From Cupriavidus necator (lineage in GTDB: Bacteria > Pseudomonadota > Gammaproteobacteria > Burkholderiales > Burkholderiaceae), in contig NZ_CP066019.1 in the NCBI RefSeq assembly GCF_016127575.1, positions 1,770,001 through 1,802,000 of the forward strand: DNA of 32,000 nucleotides, written 5' to 3'. The notes beneath the pieces are model-generated. The model saw nothing but the letters and a program-made list of their open reading frames with translations, searched no databases and had not been told where the DNA came from. Below, piece after piece: positions 1 through 7,536 of the stretch. The translations under genes were made by a program, and so were the position numbers. How positions within the stretch are numbered: the stretch's first letter is position 1; each line of letters starts with the position of its first letter.

Positions 1-155
1 GCCATCGGGTTGATCGGGCCGGCGCCCGGCTCCCCAACGGCTTGCTGCACGCGGCCACTAAAGGCCTCCTGCGCATTCTTCAGGCGCTTTTGCAGCACCA
101 TGCCGGTCTTGAGGCCAACTTCACGCGCGTGCACCAGTTGCTTTGCTGCATCCAT
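1..155 (-). CDS. hypothetical protein, N-terminal part only (gene runs off the left edge)
   Basis: Minus-strand frame with no stop inside the window, so it is absent from the ORF track. ATG at 153-155 with GGAGAA (rc of 160-165) 4 nt upstream. An in-frame TAG further upstream limits the start. Translation MDAAKQLVHAREVGLKTGMVLQKRLKNAQEAFSGRVQQAVGEPGAGPINPM... has GC-rich third positions. No family recognised. Confidence 0.45.
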   Translation of the reverse strand, partial: MDAAKQLVHAREVGLKTGMVLQKRLKNAQEAFSGRVQQAVGEPGAGPINPM

Positions 156-399
156 GCCGTTCTCCGCTGCGAATCTTGTGACACGGTTGGCCAAGCGTGG
201 TAGCCCAGCCCCCGATGTGCATCTTGCTTCGAACTATAGCGTCGACCTTGGTCGCAATAGAACTGAATCTTTTCGGACGATGAGATAAGAAGGATTTCTT
301 TCCAGGACGGCAGGATGAATGACCATATCCTATTGGACTCTGCGTGCGCTATGCTGAACTGGCGCGGCGCACACACCGCGGACCCGCTGGAGAACGATC

Positions 400-921
400 A
401 TGCGTTATCGCCTGCCCGCCTGCGTGACTGTCACAGTGGCGGCCCTTGTGCTGGGCGCCTGTGCCACTCTCCGGCCCCTGGAAACCGCAGAGGGCATGCT
501 CGGCGGCCCGCAGCATGCCGTGCGCGATACGTTCGGCGCTCCCACGGAAACCTACCAGCTCGCTGATGGCACCACTCGGTGGATTTATTCGAAACAGCCG
601 CTCGGCTTCGAAGTCTACGCGGCAGACTTTGACGCCAACGGCAAGCTTACGAGCTTTCGGCAGATGCTGACCGAGAAAGAAATCTACGAGGCACGCCCGG
701 GGGTCTGGACCAAGCAGGATATTGCCGAGCGCTTTGGCCGTCCGCGCGAGCCCATCGAGTACTACCCGCTGATGAAGCGCGAGGCCTGGTCTTACCGGCT
801 CTATGCGGGCGCCTACATGCCAGCGCATTTCAGTGCCTACTTTGACGAACGCGGCGTGCTCGACCGGACCATGATCATCGTCGATGCGATCGGCGGCGAC
901 ACGCGAGACGGCAGCAAGTAA
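400..921 (+). CDS. lipoprotein, possibly SmpA/BamE-like fold, function unknown
   Basis: 173-aa ORF with signal peptide and lipobox LVLGAC (Cys21) and a balanced, soluble-looking mature sequence. It lies in a GC3-rich frame; the overlapping 349..1053 minus ORF is Arg/Ala-rich shadow. Confidence 0.8.
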   Translation: MRYRLPACVTVTVAALVLGACATLRPLETAEGMLGGPQHAVRDTFGAPTETYQLADGTTRWIYSKQPLGFEVYAADFDANGKLTSFRQMLTEKEIYEARPGVWTKQDIAERFGRPREPIEYYPLMKREAWSYRLYAGAYMPAHFSAYFDERGVLDRTMIIVDAIGGDTRDGSK

Positions 922-1324
922 GTCGGCCTCAGGCCGCATTGGACAAGAACACCACGATAAGGGCCGGAAGGAGCCGGAGTCCATCCGAAGCAACGCGAGT
1001 CGTCGTGCATCCATCAGATTTCGCGTGGAACTGTTCAGCGAACAGCAAAGCACAACGAAATCCGCCGACGGCAGAACCTCGTCGACGGATCAGGCGCTGG
1101 GTACCGTACGATCGATTCGTATTTTTCGATCGATCCCGGTGTTCCGTCCTTCTCGACCAGCCGCACGGTACTGCCGAGTCCGAGTCATAGACGATTGCCA
1201 GATGGCCCAGGCAAGGCTTTCGGGGCAGGGAATTTGCTTATGACAACAATGTCCTTCGCCCGCCCTAACCAAGGGTATACCCTCTCGTCTTTGCCTTTGC
1301 CGGCCGCTTTCCGGTTTCCCCCGC

Positions 1325-2263
1325 ATGCCTGCCTTCACCCTGCCCGCCCTGTCCGCCCGACTCCTCCGCGCCCGCCGCTCGCTGGCCGCCGTCGCCCTCG
1401 CCGCCATGTCCGCGGCCGCGCTGACGCCGGCACTGGCCAGCACCCAGAGCCCTGTGCTCGACAAGATCCGCGAATCCGGCACCATCGTGCTCGGTTACCG
1501 CGAGTCGGCGCTGCCATTCTCGTTTGCCGATGACAAGGGCCAGCCGGCCGGCTATGCGGTCGACCTTTGCCTGCGCGCCGCCGAAGCAGCACGCCAGCAA
1601 CTGGGCCTGAAAGACCTGAAGGTGCGCTGGATGCCGCTCACGCCGCAGAACCGCATTCCCGCCGTGGTCAACGGGCTGGTCGATCTGGACTGCGCGCCCA
1701 ACACCAATTCGCTTGAGCGCCAGAAGCAGGTTGCGTTCAGCGTCTCGCACTATGTGTCGACCGTGCGCATGCTGGTGCGCGCCGACTCCGGCATCCGCTC
1801 GTTCGGCGACCTGCGCGGCAAGACCGTGGTCACCAGCGCCGGATCGACCGGCGACCGCCACGTGCGCCGCATGAAGGCCCAGTACGGCTACCACGACGTC
1901 TACGCCAAGGACCATGGCGAATCGTTCCTGCTGCTCGAATCCGGCCGTGCCCAGGCCTTCGTCATGGACGATGTGCTGCTGGCTGGCCTGCGCGCCCGCG
2001 CCAAGGACCCGTCGCAATACGTGATCGTGGGCCCGGCGCTGTCGGTGGAGCAGAATGCGCTGATGCTGTCCAAGGCCGATCCGGAATGGAAGCGCCTGGT
2101 CGACCAGGCGCTGGCCAACACCTTTGCCGGCCCGGAGGTCACGGCGCTGCAGAAGCGCTGGTTCCAGCAGCCCATCGGCAGCCGCGGCATCAACCTGGCG
2201 CTGGCGCCGTCCGGCGAGGTGCGCGCGGCCTGGAAGCACCCGTCGGACGCGGTCACGGAGTAA
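1325..2263 (+). CDS. amino acid ABC transporter substrate-binding protein (family 3, GltI/glutamate-aspartate-like)
   Basis: 312-aa ORF with an N-terminal signal peptide ending ALAS. It shows typical SBP_bac_3 blocks (GTIVLGYRESALPFSF, GYAVDLC, VDLDCAPNTNSLERQKQVAFS, ALMLSKADPEWKRLVDQAL). No permease or ATPase gene is adjacent. Confidence 0.9.
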   Translation: MPAFTLPALSARLLRARRSLAAVALAAMSAAALTPALASTQSPVLDKIRESGTIVLGYRESALPFSFADDKGQPAGYAVDLCLRAAEAARQQLGLKDLKVRWMPLTPQNRIPAVVNGLVDLDCAPNTNSLERQKQVAFSVSHYVSTVRMLVRADSGIRSFGDLRGKTVVTSAGSTGDRHVRRMKAQYGYHDVYAKDHGESFLLLESGRAQAFVMDDVLLAGLRARAKDPSQYVIVGPALSVEQNALMLSKADPEWKRLVDQALANTFAGPEVTALQKRWFQQPIGSRGINLALAPSGEVRAAWKHPSDAVTE

Positions 2264-2451
2264 ACGGGCAAGCGGTCGCGAACCTCAATCGGGCTGGGGC
2301 CGCAATTCAGGGTTTCCATGAGGTCGTGGCGCCGGGGCAAGCCCCAAGTTGACAGCGACGTGAGATGTTGGCGACACTGGGCCAAGCCGTCCCGTGCAAG
2401 GGACAGGCCACATACACGACCGCCCGACGGCGGCATTTCTCAGGAGAAACC

Positions 2452-2763
2452 ATGAACAAGTTCGTCGCGACCGCGATCGCACTCTGCCTTGGCGCCGCTT
2501 CGCTGGCCGTGCAGGCACAGACCGGCGGCAAGAAGCAGTTCGATCCGTATTCCCAGGGCGCCAAGTCGGGTGAGAAGTTTGACCCGTACAGCCAGGGGGC
2601 CAAGGCCGGCGACAAGTTCGACCCGTACAGCCAGGGCGCGAACAAGAGCACCCGCAGCGACCTGACCGACGCTTCCGCGCCGGCCGCCGAGCAAAAGCCG
2701 GCCAAGAAGTCCACCAAGAAGAAGAGCAAGAAGAAGGCCGCTTCGGCGCCGGCTGCCAGCTGA
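2452..2763 (+). CDS. small secreted tandem-repeat protein (3 x FDPYSQGAK-type 13-aa repeats plus a Lys-rich tail)
   Basis: ATG at 2452 with AGGAGA at 2442-2447. Signal peptide MNKFVATAIALCLGAASLAVQA. Three 39-nt in-frame repeats at 2539-2655 (FDPYSQGAKSGEK / FDPYSQGAKAGDK / FDPYSQGANKSTR), then KPAKKSTKKKSKKKA. The upstream part of ORF 2365..2763 has no RBS. Confidence 0.8.
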   Translation: MNKFVATAIALCLGAASLAVQAQTGGKKQFDPYSQGAKSGEKFDPYSQGAKAGDKFDPYSQGANKSTRSDLTDASAPAAEQKPAKKSTKKKSKKKAASAPAAS

Positions 2764-2781
2764 GCCGCAAGCGCCTGACGC

Positions 2782-2808
2782 AAAAAACCCGCCTTGGCGG
2801 GTTTTTTT
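2782..2808. terminator. bidirectional rho-independent terminator between convergent genes
   Basis: AAAAAACCCGCC-TTGG-CGGGTTTTTTT: a GC stem flanked by an A-run and a T-run. It sits between the stop at 2763 (+) and the stop at 2832 (-). Confidence 0.85.
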
Positions 2809-2831
2809 GCTTCCTGCCCCAGCGCACAAGC

Positions 2832-3725
2832 CTATGGCGCTTGCGTGTCGCGCTCCAGCGCGGTGACATCCACGCGCTGCACCTTGTCATCCTGGCGCAC
2901 TTCGGTGCGCAGCACGAAGGCGTCGGCGGGGCAATACCAGTCGGTGACATGCATCACGGTCGGCTCAACCTGTACCACTTCTTCGCCAACCAGGACCGGC
3001 CCCAGCGAGGTGCGTTTCTCGTAGGTGACCGGCAGGCATTCCTTGCGCCCCAGGACGGTATTGATCGTCTGCCGCTTGCCGACGTGGCGCGAGCCGATAT
3101 AGATCGACGCATGCTGCGCCCGCATGTTGCTGACCACTTCATCCGATCCCAGCGGGTAGACCTTCAGCGAGACGCTCGACTCAAAGGTCTCGCCCTCCAG
3201 CGTGGTGCCCTCGCGCAGGTCCAGCCCGGCGTAGTTGAACACGCCCATGCCGCGGAAAGCCGCCTCGCCGTACATGCGCGCGTAGCGCGCGCGGGCGTTG
3301 ATGACGGCATGCTGGCTTTCGATGCTGGTCTGGCCGCCGGGCGAACGGCGGTCGATCACCACTTCATGCACCTGGGTGGTAATCACCGGCGGCCCCATCA
3401 GCGCCGACAGGGCAGTCTTGGAATTGATCTCCAGTTGCGCGCGGCAGCCGGTCGGACTGCGCACCACATCGCGCAGGGTCATGCTGACCGACATTGGCAT
3501 CACGCCGTCGCCTTCCATCTGCACATGCGAGCCGGAGCGGAACCATGGGGCACTGCACAGCACGGCCGCCGCCGCTGCCTGCGCCTGGCTTGCCGCAGCC
3601 TGCGCCACCGCCGCACCGGCGCCCGGCAGCGCCGCCGCACCCTGGGCGCCGGCATGCTGCGCCAGCGCCATGGCCACGCCCGCCACCAGGCCTGCCAGCC
3701 GGTCCCGCTGTGCCTTTTTCTTCAC
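2832..3725 (-). CDS. secreted hypothetical protein
   Basis: 297-aa ORF. It has an N-terminal basic and hydrophobic signal (MKKKAQRDRLAGLVAGVAMALAQHAGA), an Ala/Gln-rich low-complexity linker, then a ~230-aa domain with 4 Cys. The opposite-strand ORF 2841..3761 is His/Arg/Gly-rich shadow. Confidence 0.7.
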   Translation of the reverse strand: MKKKAQRDRLAGLVAGVAMALAQHAGAQGAAALPGAGAAVAQAAASQAQAAAAAVLCSAPWFRSGSHVQMEGDGVMPMSVSMTLRDVVRSPTGCRAQLEINSKTALSALMGPPVITTQVHEVVIDRRSPGGQTSIESQHAVINARARYARMYGEAAFRGMGVFNYAGLDLREGTTLEGETFESSVSLKVYPLGSDEVVSNMRAQHASIYIGSRHVGKRQTINTVLGRKECLPVTYEKRTSLGPVLVGEEVVQVEPTVMHVTDWYCPADAFVLRTEVRQDDKVQRVDVTALERDTQAP

Positions 3726-4160
3726 ATGAATCCCCGTCTAGAGTTTCCAGGCGCCCCCTGACCCTGCGCCCGGCCTGCCAGGCGACCGCCTGGACACTGA
3801 AATTATCGCGTTTTGTTGCATGTGTAACTCGGATTTTTCGCGCAGATCCTGTGGCAGCCGGTGGCCGGCGGGCAGCGGGCAGCAGCCGGCCTGAGCAGCA
3901 CTTTCTCTCCCCCGCGGCAATCCGGCGCCCCGCAGGCCGTCTCCAGCACCCGCCGGGGGCGGCCTGCCCACCGTGCTACCATTGCCCGCCTCGCGTGTGC
4001 CGAGGCGGCAGCGGCGTGCGAGGCGCATGCCAGCGTGCCAGCCGCGGGCGACTTGCCTCCCTGGTGTCCACCAACAGGCAAGGCCATGCGTTGTGATGGC
4101 TTCCCGTCACCGCGCGCCCCACGCAGGACCATCGATCCGTCGCGCTTTTCCAGGAGATCT

Positions 4161-5900
4161 ATGCGTAGTTCATCGACCTCGCGGGCTGCCGCGCTGTCCG
4201 TTGGAGCCACCACCGCCAGTGCGGTCGCACTGGCCAGCCTGTTTATCCTGCTGGTCTGGTTCGGCACCCTCGACATGCGTCACCTGCTGCGCTCCGATGA
4301 AGGCCGCTACGCCGAGATTGCCCGCGAAATGTTCGCTACCGGCGACTGGGTCACGATCCGCTACCACGAACTCAAGTATTTCGAGAAGCCGCCCTTCCAC
4401 CTGTGGGTGACCACGCTGGCCTACACGCTGTTTGGCGTGGGCGACTGGCAGGCGCGGTTGTGCGTGGCCCTGTCCGGCATCCTGGGGCTGGGCGTGTCGA
4501 TGCTGGCCGCGGCACGCTGGTACGGCCGGCGCGTGGCGATGCTGACGGGGCTGGTGCTGGTTTCCGCGCCGATGTGGAATATCGCCGGCCACTTCAACTC
4601 GCTGGACATGACGCTGGCCGGCGCCATGGCGTGCGTGCTGGCCTTCATGCTGCTGGCGCAGCACCCGGATGCCACCCGCGCCGAACGCCGCAACTGGATG
4701 CTCGCCTGCTGGGCGGCGATGGGCGTGGCGGTGCTGGTCAAGGGGCTGGTCGGGCTGGCGCTGCCGGGGCTGGTGCTGGTGGTCTACACGCTGGTGACAC
4801 GCGACTTCCGCTTGTGGTGCCGCCTGCATCTGCCGGGCGGCATCGTCGCCATGCTGGTGGTGACGGTGCCGTGGTTCTGGCTGGTGTCGGAACGCAATCC
4901 GGAATTCCTGCATTTCTTCTTTATCCACGAGCACTGGCAACGCTATACCTCGAACGTGCACCAGCGCGAAGGCGCGATCTGGTTCTTCGTGCCGCTGCTG
5001 CTGGCCGGCTTCCTGCCCTGGCTGGGCCTGGTTCCGCAAATGTGGAAGGCCGTGCGCGAGCGCGCCGGCGTCGCTCGCGGCACCTCGCCGCGGCCATTCC
5101 AGCCCGCCCTGCTGGCGGCGCTGTGGGCCGTGGCGATCTTTGTCTTCTTCAGCCTGTCCGGCTCCAAGCTGCCCGGCTATATCGTGCCGATCTTCCCGGC
5201 GCTGGCGCTGCTGGCCGGCGTGGCGCTGGACACGTTGACGGAACGCGCGTGGCGCTGGCAGGTCAATGCCATGATTGCCCTGGGCGTGGTCGGGCTGCTG
5301 GCGTGCCCGTTTGTCGGCATGATGGACAAGCCCAGCACGCCCAATGTGGTCTATCGGGAATTCGCAGCGTGGACCGGCGTCGCCTTCGCGGTGATGCTGG
5401 GCGGCGCACTGCTGGCGCGCCGGCTGCTGCGCACGCGTGGGGTGTTTCCCAGTGTGGTGGCCTATGCGCTGGCGATGTTCATCTGCTCCACGGTGGCGCT
5501 GCGCGGTCACGAAGCCATGGGCCGGCCCAGTTCCGGCGCGGACCTGGTGCCCGCCATCAATGCCGTGCTGACGCCGGACATGCCGCTGTACAGTGTGGGC
5601 ATGCTCGACCACACGCTGCCGTTCTACCTGCGCCGCACCACCATCATGGTGGCGCATCCCGATGAGCTGGAATTCGGCATCGGCCAGGAACCGCAGAAGT
5701 GGATCCCGACCATCGATGGCTTTATCGCGCGCTGGCAGGACGGCAAGCGCGCGGTAGCGATCATGTTGCCCTCGACCTACGACGCACTGGCTGCGCGCGG
5801 CGTGCCGATGCACAGGATCGCCGGTGACCGCCGCCGTGTGGCGGTCGCCAATTTCGCGCTGCCGGGCAATGGCCCGCAGACGCAACCCCCAGGACAGTAA
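4161..5900 (+). CDS. arnT: 4-amino-4-deoxy-L-arabinose (L-Ara4N) lipid A transferase, GT39/GT83-type (ArnT)
   Basis: ATG at 4161 with AGGAGA at 4152-4157. 579 aa, polytopic. N-terminal ArnT/PMT signature (RSDEGRYAEIAREMFATGDWVTIRYHELKYFEKPPFHLW). It heads an arn gene set. The track ORF starts at 3861, but that extension is Arg/Pro/Ala-rich and lacks an RBS. Confidence 0.88.
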   Translation: MRSSSTSRAAALSVGATTASAVALASLFILLVWFGTLDMRHLLRSDEGRYAEIAREMFATGDWVTIRYHELKYFEKPPFHLWVTTLAYTLFGVGDWQARLCVALSGILGLGVSMLAAARWYGRRVAMLTGLVLVSAPMWNIAGHFNSLDMTLAGAMACVLAFMLLAQHPDATRAERRNWMLACWAAMGVAVLVKGLVGLALPGLVLVVYTLVTRDFRLWCRLHLPGGIVAMLVVTVPWFWLVSERNPEFLHFFFIHEHWQRYTSNVHQREGAIWFFVPLLLAGFLPWLGLVPQMWKAVRERAGVARGTSPRPFQPALLAALWAVAIFVFFSLSGSKLPGYIVPIFPALALLAGVALDTLTERAWRWQVNAMIALGVVGLLACPFVGMMDKPSTPNVVYREFAAWTGVAFAVMLGGALLARRLLRTRGVFPSVVAYALAMFICSTVALRGHEAMGRPSSGADLVPAINAVLTPDMPLYSVGMLDHTLPFYLRRTTIMVAHPDELEFGIGQEPQKWIPTIDGFIARWQDGKRAVAIMLPSTYDALAARGVPMHRIAGDRRRVAVANFALPGNGPQTQPPGQ

Positions 5901-5936
5901 CCTGCAACTCCTGCAATTCCTGCACTACGCAGCGCC

Positions 5937-6308
5937 ATGACGCTCTCCACCTTCGCTTTCATCCTGACCGGCGTGCTGCTCAATGCGGCTGCGCAACTGT
6001 TGCTCAAGGCCGGCGTCAATGCCATCGGCGCGATCACGCTGGACCGTGGCACGCTGCTGGTGACGGCGCTGCGCGTGCTGACCCAATGGCCGGTGCTGGC
6101 CGGGCTGACGCTGTACGTGGTCAGCGTGGGGGTATGGATCGTGGGGCTGTCGCGCGTGGATGTGTCGATCGCCTACCCGATGCTGTCGCTCGGCTATGTG
6201 GTCAATGCACTGGCCGCCTGGTGGCTGTTCGGCGAGATGATCGGCCCCTTGCGCGTGGCCGGCATCCTGCTGATACTGGCGGGCGTCTTCCTGATCGCCC
6301 GCTCATGA
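5937..6308 (+). CDS. SMR/EamA-like small membrane protein, ArnE/ArnF-type undecaprenyl-phosphate-L-Ara4N flippase subunit
   Basis: 123 aa with four predicted TM helices and an SMR-like layout, located between arnT and arnB. Confidence 0.8.
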   Translation: MTLSTFAFILTGVLLNAAAQLLLKAGVNAIGAITLDRGTLLVTALRVLTQWPVLAGLTLYVVSVGVWIVGLSRVDVSIAYPMLSLGYVVNALAAWWLFGEMIGPLRVAGILLILAGVFLIARS

Positions 6309-6363
6309 CGCGCCTGCGCGCACGCCGCCAGTTCCGACACCGACCGTACTTCCTCGCCCTGCC

Positions 6364-7536
6364 ATGACCGCATCCGCCCCTGAGTTCCTGCCTTTTGTCC
6401 GGCCTGACATCGACGCCGCCGCCATTGCCGAAGTCAGCAAGGTGCTGGCCTCGGGCTGGATCACCTCCGGCCCGAAGATGCAGGCCTTCGAGGCCGCGCT
6501 GTCAGGCCTGTTCGGCGGACGCCCGGTGCGCACCTTCGCCAATGGCTCGGCCACGATGGAGATCGCGCTGCGCATTGCCGATATCGGGCCGGGCGATGAG
6601 GTCATCACCACGCCGGTCACCTGGGTCGCCACCGCCAACGTGGTGCTGGCAGTAGGCGCCCGGCCGGTGTTCGTCGATATCGACCCGCGCACGCGCAATC
6701 TCGACCTGGATGCCGTCGAGGCCGCGATCACGCCGCGCACGCGCGCCATCATGCCGGTGTACCTGTCGGGGCTGCCGGTGGACATGGACCGCCTGTACGC
6801 CATTGCCAGCAAGCACGGGCTGCGCGTGATCGAGGATGCCGCGCAGGCAATCGACTCGCGCTGGCGCGGCCAGCGCATCGGCGCCCTTGGCGACCTGGTC
6901 AGCTTCAGCTTCCAGGCCAACAAGAACATCACCACCATCGAAGGCGGCTGCCTGGTGATGAACACGCCCGAAGAAGCCGTGCGCGCCGAGCGCCTGCGGC
7001 TGCAGGGCGTGATCCGCACCGGTATGGACGGCATGGATGTCGAAGAGCCCGGCGGCAAGTTCAACCTGACCGACGTCAACGCCGCGGTCGGGCTGGCGCA
7101 GCTGGGCAAGCTCGACGCCATCACCGCGCGCCGCGCCGAGCTGGCCGAGACGTATTTCCGCTGTGCCGCCGACAGTGGCCTGGAGGCGCTGGGCATCGAG
7201 CTGCCGCAAGCGCTGGATGCACACGATGCCACCACCAACTGGCACATGTTCCAGGTGGTGCTGCCGACCGAGCGCCTGCAAGGCGGCCCGGCCCGGGCGC
7301 GCCAGCAGGTCATGGAGGCCATGCGCGAGCGCGGCATCGGCACCGGCGTGCACTACCCGCCCATTCATCTTTTTACCTACTACCGCTCGCTCGGCTGGCG
7401 CGAAGGCATGCTGCCGCATGCCGAACGCATCGGGCGCGGCATCGTCACGCTGCCGCTGTTCCCCGCGATGCAAGCCACCGATGTGGAGCGGGTCTGTGCA
7501 ATCCTCAGCGAAACATGCAAACGTCTCTCCAAATGA
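6364..7536 (+). CDS. arnB: UDP-4-amino-4-deoxy-L-arabinose--oxoglutarate aminotransferase (DegT/DnrJ/EryC1 family)
   Basis: 390 aa. PLP-aminotransferase blocks are present, including the Lys motif SFSFQANKNITTIEGG, plus VITTPVTWVATAN and GTGVHYPPIHL. Confidence 0.92.
   Translation: MTASAPEFLPFVRPDIDAAAIAEVSKVLASGWITSGPKMQAFEAALSGLFGGRPVRTFANGSATMEIALRIADIGPGDEVITTPVTWVATANVVLAVGARPVFVDIDPRTRNLDLDAVEAAITPRTRAIMPVYLSGLPVDMDRLYAIASKHGLRVIEDAAQAIDSRWRGQRIGALGDLVSFSFQANKNITTIEGGCLVMNTPEEAVRAERLRLQGVIRTGMDGMDVEEPGGKFNLTDVNAAVGLAQLGKLDAITARRAELAETYFRCAADSGLEALGIELPQALDAHDATTNWHMFQVVLPTERLQGGPARARQQVMEAMRERGIGTGVHYPPIHLFTYYRSLGWREGMLPHAERIGRGIVTLPLFPAMQATDVERVCAILSETCKRLSK

Noticed and set aside
10-288. 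Plus-strand 92-aa ORF at the left edge, and the 80..376 minus-strand ORF.
   Set aside because: Both translations are Cys/Arg/Ser-rich nonsense. A different minus-strand frame (1-155) has a good RBS and a plausible sequence.
2349-2380. TTGACA at 2349-2354 as the promoter -35 of the first repeat-peptide gene, and a possible CusR box there.
   Set aside because: There is no acceptable -10 at 16-19 bp, and no TGTCA partner half-site. I left it unannotated.
2452-2763. The idea that the repeat peptides are multi-core RiPP precursors.
   Set aside because: Both have classical Sec signal peptides rather than leader peptides. No radical-SAM, cyclodehydratase, protease or ABC-maturation genes are nearby. 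Exported periplasmic repeat proteins are the simpler reading.
3861-4160. A 100-aa N-terminal extension of arnT, as given in the ORF track (start at 3861).
   Set aside because: The extension is Arg/Pro/Ala-rich, has no hydrophobic segment and has no RBS. The ATG at 4161 has a perfect AGGAGA, and the conserved ArnT N-terminus begins right after it.
4170-5885. Very long antisense ORFs opposite real genes. Examples are 4170..5885(-) opposite arnT, 11791..13797(+) opposite the ATPase, 13917..15617(+) opposite the VOC and kinase genes, 1265..2239(-), 2841..3761(+) and 30123..31643(-).
   Set aside because: These are typical high-GC shadow frames. Their translations are dominated by Arg/Gly/His/Ala/Gln, and they have no start context, signal peptide or motif. 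The opposite strand carries unambiguous family signatures.
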